Source: Octopus bimaculoides (lineage: Eukaryota). From it: 64,000 nt of DNA. How positions within the stretch are numbered: position 1 is the stretch's first letter; the number at the start of each line of letters is the position of its first letter. A program made the position numbers and the translations under genes. The DNA is taken from assembly GCF_001194135.2 (NCBI RefSeq), contig NC_069005.1, positions 23,622,631 through 23,686,630 on the forward strand, in the 5' to 3' direction. The notes under the pieces were generated by a model that worked only from the letters and a program-made list of their open reading frames with translations, did no database searches and was not told where the DNA came from. Of this stretch, positions 1 through 12,242 are shown one piece after another.

Positions 1-341
1 CCTTCAGTGCTGCCTGATTGGCAGCCGTGCTGGAGGCATGTAAAAAGCACCATTCAAGCATGGCCGGTGCCAGTGCCGCCTGACTGGCACCCATGCCAGT
101 GGCACATAAAAAGCACCATTTGAGTGTGGCTGATGCCAGTGCCGCCTGACTGGCTCCCATGCCAGTGGTATGTAAAAAGCACCCACTACACACTCGGAAT
201 GGTTGGCGTTAGGAAGGGCATCCAGCTGTAGAAACCTTGCCAAATTAGATTGGAGCCTGGTGCAGCCTTCTGGCTTGCCAGTCCTCACTCAGACTGTCCA
301 ACCCATGCCAGCATGGAAAGCAGACATTAAATGATGATGAT
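1..341 (+). mobile_element. RTE LINE 3' end with tandem hairpin modules
   Basis: GCACCCACTACAC..GGTTGGCGTTAGGAAGGGCATCCAGCTGTAGAAAC..CCAACCCATGCCAGCATGGAAA..(GAT)n tail. Confidence 0.8.
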
Positions 342-747
342 ATGGGGTTGGGGCTGGAGATGGAGATGACAACTAGAAGACAGCAAAAGAGAGCCAAGAG
401 AGATGCAACCATAGCAACGACCATTACTATTGTCATACACCACCGCAACCACCGTCACATGTACACACTCCTGCTTCAAGAGAGCTTGTGGATCCCAGGG
501 AAAGACTGCAAAACCATCAAAGATCCCATCGTTGAAGAAGTGGGCATCATCATAGATTTTGTTGGACAACCAAGGGACATACATAAATGCAATAGTAGAA
601 AACAATGCAAATATGTGTATCTAACATATATATATATATATATATATATAAAATAATAATAATAATAATAATAATTGACAACAAAAGAATGAGACCGCGA
701 TATTAGGTAAATAGAGGAATTTATATATGTATTTTCAAAGAATATAA

Positions 748-1075
748 AGGTGCATGGCTTAATAATTAGAGCGTTGGGCTCACAATCATGAGGTAGTGAG
801 TTCGATACCTGGACCAGGCTGTGCATTGTGTTCTTGAGCAAGACAATTTATTTCATGTTGCTCCAGTTCACTCATCTGTAGAAATGAATTGCAATGTCAC
901 TGGTGCCAAGCAGTATCAGCTTTTGCCTTTCCTTTGGATAACATCAGGGGGGAGACTGGAATGCGTAGACAACTGCAGGTCTTCCATAAACAACCGTGCC
1001 TGGACTTGTGCCCAGGAGGGGAATTTTCTAGGCATAATCCCATGGTCATTCATGACTGAAGGGGCTCTTTACCTT
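748..1075 (+). mobile_element. tRNA-derived SINE, family E (CTTGAGCAAGAC..GTTGCTCCAG central domain)
   Basis: Pol III A/B boxes. Related copies at ~6290-6485 (-), ~19590-19715 (-), 20969-21305 and ~58268-58500 (+). Confidence 0.8.
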
Positions 1076-1267
1076 TAACACGCACACACACACATATATA
1101 TAGGTGCAGGCATGGCTGTGAGGTAAAAAGCTTGCTTCTCAACCACATGGTTTCGGGTTCAGTCCCACTGAGTGGCACCTTGGGTAAATGTCTCCTGCTA
1201 TAGTCTTAAGCCAAATGAAGTCTCGTGAGTGGATTAGGTGGATGGAAACTAAAAGAATCCCATTGTG

Positions 1268-1304
<37 letters not shown>

Positions 1305-2499
1305 TTGTCTGTCCTTTCCCCACTGCTGAAACATATGATGTCACTTGTGTGTACGCAGTAATCAATGAGTGGGCGGGTGACAGATAGACAAAGAGACGGA
1401 CAGAGAGACAGAGTGAGGCAGGTAAGTAGGTAGGTGTGAAAAGTTCTGAATAATTTGTTTTAAATATTTATGAATCAATATCCAGGTTATCTCTACCTTC
1501 CCTGTTAGAATGTAAATTATTTCTGACTGCTGAGCATTGTTTGTTTATATGTAAATTCTGAATATGGTTTCACATTGGCTTAAAACAACCTGGTGCTTCT
1601 ATTTTAATTGATTCAGAAGTGGGGGTTTTTTATGTTTTTTTTTTAAACTCACTTTGTAATTCTCAACTATAATACTCTAAATCATTAATCAGTTTTGATC
1701 AGCTGTTATAAAATCAATTGAACTGGTTTTGTTTTTTGGAGTGGTGGTGGTGGTGGTAGTGGTGAGGTTTTTTTATTTCTTTTTTTAAATAAAGTTAAGC
1801 ACCAAATGTATTTTTGACTTAGGTAAAAAAGAAAAACAGAAAATCCTTCCCCCCTCCTCCTCCACCTCCTTATCCTTCGAAAATGACACATGCTTAGGTT
1901 ATTGACTCTCAGACATTCACCAAAACACACATATACATACATTCACAAACACATAAATACATACAGACACACATAAATACATACACACACACACACATAC
2001 ATGCATACATACATACATACACACATACATACATACATACATACATACATACATACATACACAGACACACACAAATACAGAAATATGCACAAACATGCTC
2101 ATAAATACATCCATACACAAATACACAAACGCAATACAAACAAATACATACATATACACACAAGTAACATCACACACACACACACACACATATATATGTA
2201 TGTATGTATGTATATGAATATCCATTATTTCATTCATCTACATAGATATAAATACAGAAATTAGCCCAGACTTCTTAGCTGCAAATAAACCATGCTGTCT
2301 TTTTCCCTGTATTGTGTCCATGGCTAAAGAACCATTTCAAGATACATATTCCCGTTGCATCACCAATACACTGCACTGATGATTTCACTCAGGTCAATTA
2401 GTGTACAGATGTAGATTTATAGCTTTCTTTTCATGTGCACGAGGGCATATTAAAGCCTTTCATACAACGAAAAACATTAAATTTAATGTTGTCATTATG

Positions 2500-2652
2500 T
2501 GCAGAAGTGGCTGTGTGGTAAGAAGCTTGCTTTTCTAACTACGCGGTTCCATGGTCAGTCCTACTACGTAGCACCTTGGAAAAATGCTTTCTTCTATAGC
2601 CTCGGGTCAACCAAAGTCACGTGAGTGGATTTCGTAGACGGAAGCTTAAAGA

Positions 2653-2703
<51 letters not shown>

Positions 2704-2890
2704 TCCCCTACCACTGCTTGACAACTGTGCTGGTGTGTTTACATATCCGTAACTTAGTGGTTCGTCAAAAGAGACTAATACAATAAGTACTAAACTTAAA
2801 AGAATAAGTACTGGGGTTGACTTGTTTGACAAAAACTCCTTCAAGGCAGTGCCCCAGCATGACCACAATCAAATGACTGAAACAAGTAAA
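2500..2890 (+). mobile_element. Family D SINE
   Basis: Head, (GT)n centre and tail all present. Confidence 0.8.
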
Positions 2891-3112
2891 CGATAATAGA
2901 TTCTAGAATGACCTCTCGGGAAGAACATATTTCTCTGAACTCTTTCATTGTTTTCTTTCTTCTATTTGGAAACGGGGAATATTTTACCCCAATATATTAC
3001 AGGGTCATTAAACAACCTATGACAGAATAAAAAGTTTCGAATGGTACAACAATGCACCATATAATACAAAAGATGGACTATATACCTGTTGTAATTTAGT
3101 TATCTATAGTCC

Positions 3113-3148
3113 GATGATATTTCGGAATTACAATTTCTTCTTCAGATC
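3113..3148 (-). ncRNA. Minimal hammerhead motif (inverted twin of 3354)
   Basis: GAT-CTGAAGA-A-GAAATT(GT)AATTCC-GAA-ATAT-C-ATC, one stem II mismatch. Confidence 0.65.
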
Positions 3149-3353
3149 TTCTTAGATGAAGTCTCTGTTATCAGCTGTTTACTAACGGCTTTTATTTTTT
3201 CCCCAGGAGTGTCTCAGTAGTGGTCTCTCTCATGAGGAATTCTGGAAGGAGCTTCGTGAGACCACTACTGAGACACTTCCGGAACAAAAAAAAAAAAAAA
3301 AAAAAAAAAAAAGCCGTTAGTAAACAGTTGATAGCAGAGACTCCATCTAAGAA

Positions 3354-3388
3354 GATCTGAAGAAGGAATTGTATTCCGAAATATCATC
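3354..3388 (+). ncRNA. Minimal type-I hammerhead ribozyme motif, intact core
   Basis: GAT-CTGAAGA-A-GGAAT(TGT)ATTCC-GAA-ATAT-C-ATC: stem I 3 bp, stem II 5 bp, palindromic stem III. Confidence 0.75.
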
Positions 3389-3684
3389 GGACTATGGATA
3401 ACTAAATTACAACAGGTATATAGTCCATTTTTTTGTATTATATTGCATTGTTGTACCATTCAAAACTTTTTGTTCTTTACAAACAATACACAATGCTTCA
3501 AGCAAACTACAATACTCTCTTAACCTATGACAGGTAACACAATATCTAATCATTTACTGACATCACCTATATATTTTGCCTCACTTCTCACCTACACTAC
3601 TCAAAGGTTTTCACATTTATATTGTATGGAAGTTCATCTGTGTAGACAGTTGTAAACAGAAGAGCTGATCATTCAAAGTGGATG

Positions 3685-4008
3685 GAACTTATGAAAGAGG
3701 GAAACCCAAGAAGACATGGGACGAAATACTAAAGGCCGATCTCAAGAGTCATACAAAAAGAGAAGACTAAGGATCAAGACATCTAGAGCAGAACTGATAC
3801 CGGTGCTGGTCCCACATAAAAAGCACTGGTGCTGGTGGCATGTTAAAAGCCCTCAGTACACTCTGTGAAGTGGTTGGCATTAGAAAGGGCATTCGGCTAT
3901 AGAAACCATGCCAGAACAGACAATGGAGCCTGGTGTGGCTCATGGCATTACCAGCTCCAGTCCAAACTGTCCATTCCAGCATGGAAAACAGATATTAAAT
4001 GATGATGA
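3685..4008 (+). mobile_element. RTE LINE 3' fragment including ORF2 C-terminus
   Basis: KVDGTYERGKPKKTWDEILKADLK (RTE RGRPxxTW motif) followed by the same 3' tail. Confidence 0.8.
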
Positions 4009-6600
4009 AGATTAAAAATGAAGAGAAAAAGTTCTAATGTTTCCAGCACTAGCCCTGCATCAGAAGAAAAGTAAAGTATAGAAATAGAGGAGGAAAGTGA
4101 AAGAGGAAAAGTTGTTGTGGGGCGGGTAAAAATGTGTATGGTGTGAGGAGCCAGAGGGGATTATTATTCTGTGGGTGGGACTTAAGAAGGGGATGGGGGT
4201 GTGCACTTAGAAGAGTGCAATAAGATAGACATAAGGGGGGAGATGCGTCTATGTGGGGTTTTTTGGCAGTAGGGGTGTGCTAGTGTAGAAGTGTACTGGC
4301 ATGGGATGATGGGAATGTGGGTTAGGGATGTGTATGCATGTGTTGTGTGGAAGGAGAGATGAAAATAGAAGGGGGTGGCAAACGGAATGTGATGGGTGTG
4401 GTAGAAGTATATGAAAGAGTATGGGTGTCAGATGCAGCTGAGAGAGAAGTGAGAGGAGAACAAGAGGAAAGCAGGCTACTACTTCAGGTTCTGTCAGCCA
4501 ATTTCATTTGCAAGGCAGGCATTGACTGACTTGCAGCTAGAAGTATAAACCGAACCCCTAACCATCTAGTTCTAAAGCAAACTTCTTAACCACACAACCA
4601 TGGCTATGCACACACACACACACACACACACACACACNNNNNNNNNNNNNNNNNNNNNNNNNNNNNNNNNNNNNNNNNNNNNNNNNNNNNNNNNNNNNNN
4701 NNNNNNNNNNNNNNNNNNNNNNNNNNNNNNNNNNNNNNNNNNNNNNNNNNNNNNNNNNNNNNNNNNNNNNNNNNNNNNNNNNNNNNNNNNNNNNNNNNNN
4801 NNNNNNNNNNNNNNNNNNNNNNNNNNNNNNNNNNNNNNNNNNNNNNNNNNNNNNNNNNNNNNNNNNNNNNNNNNNNNNNNNNNNNNNNNNNNNNNNNNNN
4901 NNNNNNNNNNNNNNNNNNNNNNNNNNNNNNNNNNNNNNNNNNNNNNNNNNNNNNNNNNNNNNNNNNNNNNNNNNNNNNNNNNNNNNNNNNNNNNNNNNNN
5001 NNNNNNNNNNNNNNNNNNNNNNNNNNNNNNNNNNNNNNNNNNNNNNNNNNNNNNNNNNNNNNNNNNNNNNNNNNNNNNNNNNNNNNNNNNNNNNNNNNNN
5101 NNNNNNNNNNNNNNNNNNNNNNNNNNNNNNNNNNNNNNNNNNGGGAAGCCACTCATCTCCAGAACTACTTAAAATGCAAGCATAAGGAAAGGAAATCTCT
5201 GAATTGGAGGAGAGTACGTTGGAATTCGCTTTCTCTGGATGTTGCCGATGACTGAAACTGAATCCTTCACCCACTGAAGGCATCAAACCATCAGTAGAGA
5301 TGGGAGGAGGAGGGGAGGGAATTGATGTGGTGCAGTGGTAGTAGGAGGAGAAGGAAAAGAGTGTGTTAATTTCTGAAATGTAAGGCTGTGTGTGGTGGTG
5401 GTGGTGTTGGCTCATGGGGAAAGACGAGGTGGTGGAAAAGAAGCTAAGTTGGAAACAACAGAATTTCTTGCACACATGCACATACACACGAGTGTATGCA
5501 AATACACACACATGCACACAGACACACACATGTATATGGATGCAGATACAAAACAAACCAACAGACACACTGATTCAAATTATATACATCTTACCCATAG
5601 ATGCAGACAGACACACACAAACATACGCCACACATACATACAAACACAGACCTAGATATAAAATAAACCAACAGCCACAGTAACTAACTCAAACACACAT
5701 GTATGCACACACAGACATGCATGCATGCACACACGCACATACATGCACACACATGCACATACACACACAAACACACATGCACGTACACAAAAGTTCCTGT
5801 CCAATATCTCCACAGAACCGACAAACATCAAAATGCTTTCTAAATCCATATTGCTATTACTTTTGCTAGGCGTGACTGTTGCATAGGAATTATTGCTTCT
5901 CTCATCTTCTCTTGTCTTGGAATCATAATGGCAATGGCTAAAAGAGGTTTGTTGTTGATGTTATTGTTCAACTTCCAGGTCACCTCTAATTCCAGCAGAC
6001 CAATGACCTTTGATCAAATGTGTTCTAACTGCAGCCATTACATCTATTAATCGGTGTATTCATACCAAGGACTAAATTATCTAATATACACTCCCTCCAT
6101 GCTGGTTAGTTCTTGGTGAGCCCTGATCTAATAAACCTATGATCAAGGATGTTCCAGATGTGGCCATACAGTCTTTTATTCAGAGTGTATTTAAGAATAC
6201 ATTGTCTAATGTGTCTCTCCTTAGTATTATTTAGCTCTAAGTCAACCCTAGGGTTTGTCCACAACACTCAGTAAGGAGCATAGGGCTAGTTTTCCAATTT
6301 CTCTGGCATATATATTCTTCCCTGGATGGGATGCCAGTCCATCTCAGGATCACTCATTTTTACCAGCTGAGTGAAATGAAGAGTTTTGCTCAAGAACACA
6401 ATGCATTGCTTGGCCCAGGAGTCGAAACCATAATCTTACAATCATGAGGCCAACACCCTAACCACTAAGCCATGTGCCTCCACTATGTCAACCCTAATCC
6501 AATATATATTGGTTTTTATTAGTGGGTTTCATGCACAATTCATATGTTTTCGTTTAATGGTTACATCAAGAAAATTGCCTTGGTTTTTTTACTTTTTCTT

Positions 6601-6708
6601 TCCGATGGTTTTTATTTTTTCTTTTCAATGGTTTTTCCTTTTTCTTTTCAATGGTTTTTCCTTTTTCTTTTCAATGGTTTTTCCTTTTTTTTTTTTTTCA
6701 ATGGTTTT
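6601..6708. repeat. ~22-bp minisatellite (TTTTCTTTTCAATGGTTTTTCC)
   Basis: Four to five copies visible. Confidence 0.85.
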
Positions 6709-7453
6709 GTGAGAAACCTAGACTTTTAAATTATGTTAGTTCTTTCTGAACCTTTCTATAGATTGAGAACAGAAAATTCAAAATACAAGGAGCCCATTGT
6801 CTCTGTATATGCCTCTAGTGATGAAAGGGAATTTACCATGCAAAATTTTAAGAATATATAATCTGATCACATCCAGCATAGTTTACTGTGACTATCAACA
6901 TATGTTAAGAGATGGTCAGGCAATATTCTTTGATAGTGAATTGGAAGAAGCAGTTTCTTTTCTCCTTTTGAATGACTGATTCATTTCAAGACTGATTCTG
7001 TATTATTCCATAATAGCAGAGAGGATTTTTTGGAGATTTTTCAAAGTTGGGTAGTGGGTAACAGTATACAATATACAAGGTACCAAACTGGCAGAACCAT
7101 TAGGACATCATGTAGAATGTCTTGTGATAACATTTATTTTGGCTCCATGGCTCTGAGTTCAAATCTCAGTGAGGTTATTTTGTTTTTCATCATTCTGGGA
7201 TGAATAAATAAAATACCAATCAAGTACTAGGATTTTTTTTTTTAATCAGAACTGGCTACAAGATGCTGTGAGAAGGGTTGTAAAATACCCCTTGCAGTAC
7301 CCTTTCTCTAGAAGTGGCAAAGGGTTGAGTGAGAAGCTGACCACTTCTAGAAAAACTGAAATGCTACTGAAGCCATCTAAGGACAGGCTGCAGTACATTA
7401 GAAAACCATATCGATAATATATGTTGTATGACTTGTAAAGAGTATATTAAGAT

Positions 7454-7670
7454 TTAACCCTTTGGTATTCAGATTAATCTATCAAATGTAATGCATATTT
7501 ATTCACATTGTTTTGAATTAATTATGCATTATCATGTAGCTTTAAGATTTTGATTAAGTGACTGTATATTTTTAGACTAACATTGTAGGGTAGGTGAGAG
7601 AGAATGGATCTGGCCAGTCTGAACATAACACAGGAAAAATAATTTGGTCAGATATGGCTGGTTTAAAGGC
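7454..7670. mobile_element. piggyBac-like MITE, right end decayed
   Basis: Starts TTAACCCTTTGGTATTC. Interior is the reverse complement of the 11524 element. Confidence 0.7.
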
Positions 7671-7761
7671 TACTGTCAACTCTAATTGAGTAAAACTATT
7701 CTTCATTTTAAGACAGTAAGATGAAATTTTTTAGTGAAATTTGGCACTTATTTCTTATTTC

Positions 7762-7990
7762 TTTATTACCCACAAGGAGCTAAACACAGAGGGGACAAAC
7801 AAGGACAGACAAAGGGATTAAGTCAATTACATCGACCCCAGTGCATAACTGGTACTTAATTTATCGACCCCGAAAGGATGAAAGGCAAAGTCAACCTTGG
7901 TGGAATTTGAACTCAGAACGTAACGGCAGACAAAATACTGCTAAGCATTTCGCCCGGCGTGCTAACGATTCAGCCAGCTTGCCGCCTTGC
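7762..7990 (-). mobile_element. CORE-type SINE (family C)
   Basis: Reverse complement of GCCTTTCATCCTTTCGGGGTCGATAAATTAAGTACC CORE-like domain. Others at ~7070-7240, 11985-12140, 12940-13160, 20585-20770, 24355-24610, 48765-48965, 51270-51490 and 57400-57580. Confidence 0.82.
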
Positions 7991-8189
7991 ATCTATTTCT
8001 AGCCACTTTAGTGACCACACTGAGGTTCTCCCATCAACCTGTTACATTTACTGGTTATTGTCAAAACAGAATATTATATTTGCATACAGAATGATAGGAG
8101 TAAGTTAATGCAATCTCTAACCCCCAGCAACTAGTATTAATTTCTTTGATCAACCTCTTGCTATATGTAAACAAATGAAGGAGCTACTG

Positions 8190-8760
8190 TGTAAAATGAC
8201 CCTTAAATCACATACCCTACTGCTTTGATCCAACGAAATTTCTTTTACATGGTCACTCAACCTGCTAGAAACAGCAGCTAAATATTTTTCATATTATACA
8301 CTACCATCTGAAAAACAGGCACATTAGATAATGCTGAACAAGGTAACATTCTGTCTTTAAGAAACAAGATAGTTATACTAATATCTGGGGAATTTTATGG
8401 GATGTGCTCAACCAGCAAGAAATAACAGCCAAATCTCTCTCAAATAACACCCTAACAATTTTGAAGAAGGAAGGACATAAATGACACTGTAATCTTAAAT
8501 AAAAAAAAGGTAAGACAGCCATGGTAGGAATCTTTATCTTTTGATCATATATCTGCTGGATCCAAGGTTAACCAGGGGTTAAATAACAACGAAGAAGGAT
8601 ACATTAGATAGCATAGTTCAAGAGACTTTGATCAGAGATGTGCTGGTTCAAAGATGTCAAAGCCAATGTCATCTGAAATATGCAAAAACATGGGATGGTC
8701 ACAGTTGGAATGTCTTCTGTAAGAGGTCTGCTCAATCAGGGATGACCAAGTTAAACACCA
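8190..8760 (+). repeat. Tandem array of family G units
   Basis: Repeated CAACCTGCTAGAAA.AGCAGC and ACATTAGATA motifs with (AAC)n ends. Confidence 0.65.
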
Positions 8761-8784
8761 ACAACAAAAAGGCACATATTAGAC

Positions 8785-9256
8785 CAGTGGTTCACAACCT
8801 GGCTTCAGTAGCATTCCAGTTTTTCGAAGTGGTCAGCTTCTCACTTAACCCTTTGCCACTTCTATAGGAAGGGCCCTGCAAGGGATCTTCCACAACTCTT
8901 CTCACAGCACTTTGTAGCCAGTTCAAATTTAAAAAAAAAAAAAATCAACTCCTAGTACTTGACTGGTATTTTATTTTTAGTCATCTCAGAATGATGAAAA
9001 GCAAAACAACCTCAGTGAGATTTGAACCAAGAACTAGGGTTGGTCCATGTAAGATTTTGTTGTTGAAATTTATGAGCAATAAATTGTTTATACTTCTACG
9101 ATACAAAGAATATTTTAACAATTTTTTTAAACAACTAATAATAATTAATTATAAAAATACAATAGGAATTTTTTAAACATCAAAACGCTCTGAGAGTTCA
9201 TCTGAATAAAATTGGAATCAAAGGGGTCCATAGGCAAAAACGGTTACGAACCACTG
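8785..9256. mobile_element. hAT (Charlie-like) MITE
   Basis: TIRs CAGTGGTTCACAACC / GGTTACGAACCACTG, 8-bp TSD TATTAGAC / TATTAGAT. Confidence 0.85.
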
Positions 9257-9589
9257 TATTAGATCATACCCACTAGGAACACTATTTATGATTACTAGGT
9301 GTGATGGTCATGGCTGGTAAGTCTATTTGTTTATAAGTCTCCTAGATTGAGGTTGAGGTTAAACAACAAAAGTAGCGAGAACACATTAAATGACACCGTT
9401 TGAGAGATAAAGTATGTCTGAATCAACGATAGGACATTTGAATAAAAGAGGGGATACATTAGATAATGTAGTCCAAGATACACTATACCTGAACATAAGA
9501 CACAACATAGACGATGTAGTCATTGACACACTAAGTTACCTTAAAAGATAGGTGTGGTTACATCCAATATGTCCTCGATCATTGGTCAG

Positions 9590-9596
9590 TTACTGT

Positions 9597-9627
<31 letters not shown>

Positions 9628-9640
9628 GCTGCTGCAGCTC

Positions 9641-9695
<55 letters not shown>

Positions 9696-9741
9696 AACCA
9701 CCACCACCACTACTACTACTGTTACCACCACTACTACTGTT

Positions 9742-9807
<66 letters not shown>

Positions 9808-9845
9808 GTTACCACTACCACTGCTGCTGCTGCAACTACTACTAG
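9590..9845. repeat. (TAC)n compound microsatellite
   Basis: Seen directly; source of the poly-Y/L/V/S ORFs. Confidence 0.95.
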
Positions 9846-10750
9846 ACTCCAATGACCTCTGACTAGATAAATATAGGACTGGGACCAATTTCATTGGAAT
9901 TAAAACCAAATGAAGCAATAAGGAATTGTTCCTTCAAGAACCATAATTACAACATACATGGCTGAGTTTGCCACCAGAAGCTTGCACACCAAATATTTCT
10001 GATATGGTAAGTATACAAAGGATAGTAATGGCTTAGAGCTTTGCATTTCAAAGAATGCAGTTGTGCATTCTAAAAATTCTTGAAATTTAATTAAACTCAA
10101 ATTTGCTTGATGTTTTTAATTGAATTCACATTTGTAATTAGTGTAGAGTTCTTGATGTCAGCAGAATAAATGGTGGCTTAGAATAGAGTCAGAAATATCA
10201 TAATGTCTTTGGGGTGGACCAAAATAATGCAGTACCACAGAAAACTCTGCTGCCACCATTTTCACCATCAACAACATTATTAGCACACTCATTCCCTGCT
10301 GTGGTTGTTATCATAATCAACATCATCATTATTATATAATTACATATAGATATATACATCATTACATAGCTATTATATATACATATAGATGCAAACATGG
10401 CTGTGTAGTAAGAAGTTTGCTTCCTAGCACATGGTTCTTGGTTCAGTTCCCTTGCACAGCACTGTGGGCAAACGTTTTCTATTATAGCCTTGGCCCAACC
10501 AAAGCCCTGTGAGTGGATTTAGTAGACAGAAACTGAAAGAAGCCCATCATATATAATCCTATATTATATTATAAATAATTAGAATATATTCAGTGCTGAA
10601 TATCATTCTGTATAAGCACATGTTACCGAGATGCAACTGGATAAATTCAAATCTCTTTCAGGGATATATAATTGTGAACAAAAGTCATCGTTGTTGTGAT
10701 GGCTACATCGTGGTAGGTGATCCTTGTTTATTTTTATATATCTTGACCAT

Positions 10751-10829
10751 ACGTGTACTGATGAACAAAAGAATACAGGTTACTTCACAGTTTTTTCTGT
10801 ATTTGATTGAGAAACCAGTGGTCTACCGT
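10751..10829 (+). ncRNA. Degenerate hammerhead motif with long stem II
   Basis: GTA-CTGATGA-A-CAA..AATACAG/CTGTATT..TTG-A-GAA-ACCA(G)TGGT-C-TAC. Confidence 0.5.
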
Positions 10830-11523
10830 TGAGTTAAATGTTTTTAAGAGATAAATTTTGAAAAGCTGCATTCCCTCGCTTTCGGTAAATATGTTGCTTA
10901 TTTTTGGTAGTTTTTTTACTTATTTAGTCCCTCGATAGCATGAGGCATTGATACACAGTTAATGCCCTTTATATATAATTATATATATATACATATATAT
11001 ATAGTGTGTCTGTGTCTGTGTCTGTTTCCCCACCATCACCTGACAACTGATGTTGGTGTGTTCACCCCTCCGTAACTTAGCAGTTTGGAAAAAGACACTG
11101 ATAGAATAAGTACTAGGCTTACAAAGAATAAATCTTGGGGTTGATTTCCTCGACTAAAACCCTATAAGGCAGTGCTCCAGCATGGTTGCAGTCATATGAC
11201 TGAAACAAGTAAAAGAATAAAAGAAAAGAATAGAGTAAGTAGTAGACTTTAAAAAAAATAATAAGTACAGGGGCTGATTTGTGTGACTAAATCCCTTCAA
11301 AGTGCAGTGCTCCAGCATGGCTGTAGTCCAATAAATGAAACAAGTAAATGACAAAGAAGAGGTTTTGGGTTTTGTTTCTCTTTTGTCTGTCTTTTAGACA
11401 TGGGATAAGGCAATGCTCAGAATCCTTTTACTGGATCCTGTGGAAGGGATGAAAGGAAGGAGGCAGAGGTCCTTAAACTGGAGACCCAATGACTAGGTGA
11501 TGGGTGTTAAACCAAGGAACTGA

Positions 11524-11909
11524 TTAACCCATTAGCATTTAAACCAGCCATTTAAACCAATCAAAATATTTTACCTGTTTTATGTTCAAACTGGTTAGAT
11601 CTGACTTCTAACACCAACCCTACAATATTATTCTCAATATTAACTGTAACCTCAACAAAATCTCAGAGCTACAAGATAATGCATGATTAGCACCCACTAC
11701 ACTCTCGGAGTGGTTGGCGTTAGGAAGGGCATCCAGCTGTAGAAACTCTGCCAAATCAGATTGGAGCCTGGTGTAGCCATCTGGTTCACCAGTCCTCAGT
11801 CAAATCGTCCAACCCATGCTAGCATGGAAAGCGGACGTTAAACGATGATGATGAATGTGAATAAATAAGCAGTGCATTTGACAGCATAATGTGAATGTTA
11901 AAGGGTTAA
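11524..11909. mobile_element. piggyBac-like MITE interrupted by an RTE 3' end
   Basis: TTAA-CCCATTAGCATT ... AATGTTAAAGGG-TTAA. Related partial copies at 7454-7670 and ~27188-27283. Confidence 0.8.
11689..11853 (+). mobile_element. Young RTE 3' end
   Basis: Near-identical to the copies at ~20370-20543, ~23740-23910 and ~61400-61563. Confidence 0.85.
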
Positions 11910-12242
11910 ATCTATCACACAAGTAAACCAAAGTGGGATTCAGGTTCAGAGCTGAAACAAACACCACAAGGTACCTAGTCTGATATTCTTACAGTTCTGC
12001 CAATCCACTGGCCTGAATACATATTTGTTTTTAATTCCAGTAGGATAAAAGGCAAAGTTGACCGTGGCAGGACTTGAACTCAGAGTGTAGAGATTCAAAA
12101 GAAATATTGTGACACAGTCAAACTGACACTCCAATAACTCAGTTAGCTACCCCCTAGTTCAACCCACCTTCAATTTTTATAGGAAAGAGATACTGTGAGT
12201 GGACCCTACCCACTCATTACTCTTTCACAGCACAGTATAGTT

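Larger units (their letters stand above)
3026..3521. mobile_element. Fold-back Penelope-like insertion carrying two hammerhead motifs
   Basis: Arms ~3029-3227 and ~3258-3470. Flanking 12-bp direct repeat AACCTATGACAG (3014-3025, 3522-3533). Confidence 0.75.

Noticed and set aside
9552-9918. Poly-Tyr/Leu/Val/Ser ORFs
   Set aside because: Translations of a (TAC)n microsatellite in several frames.
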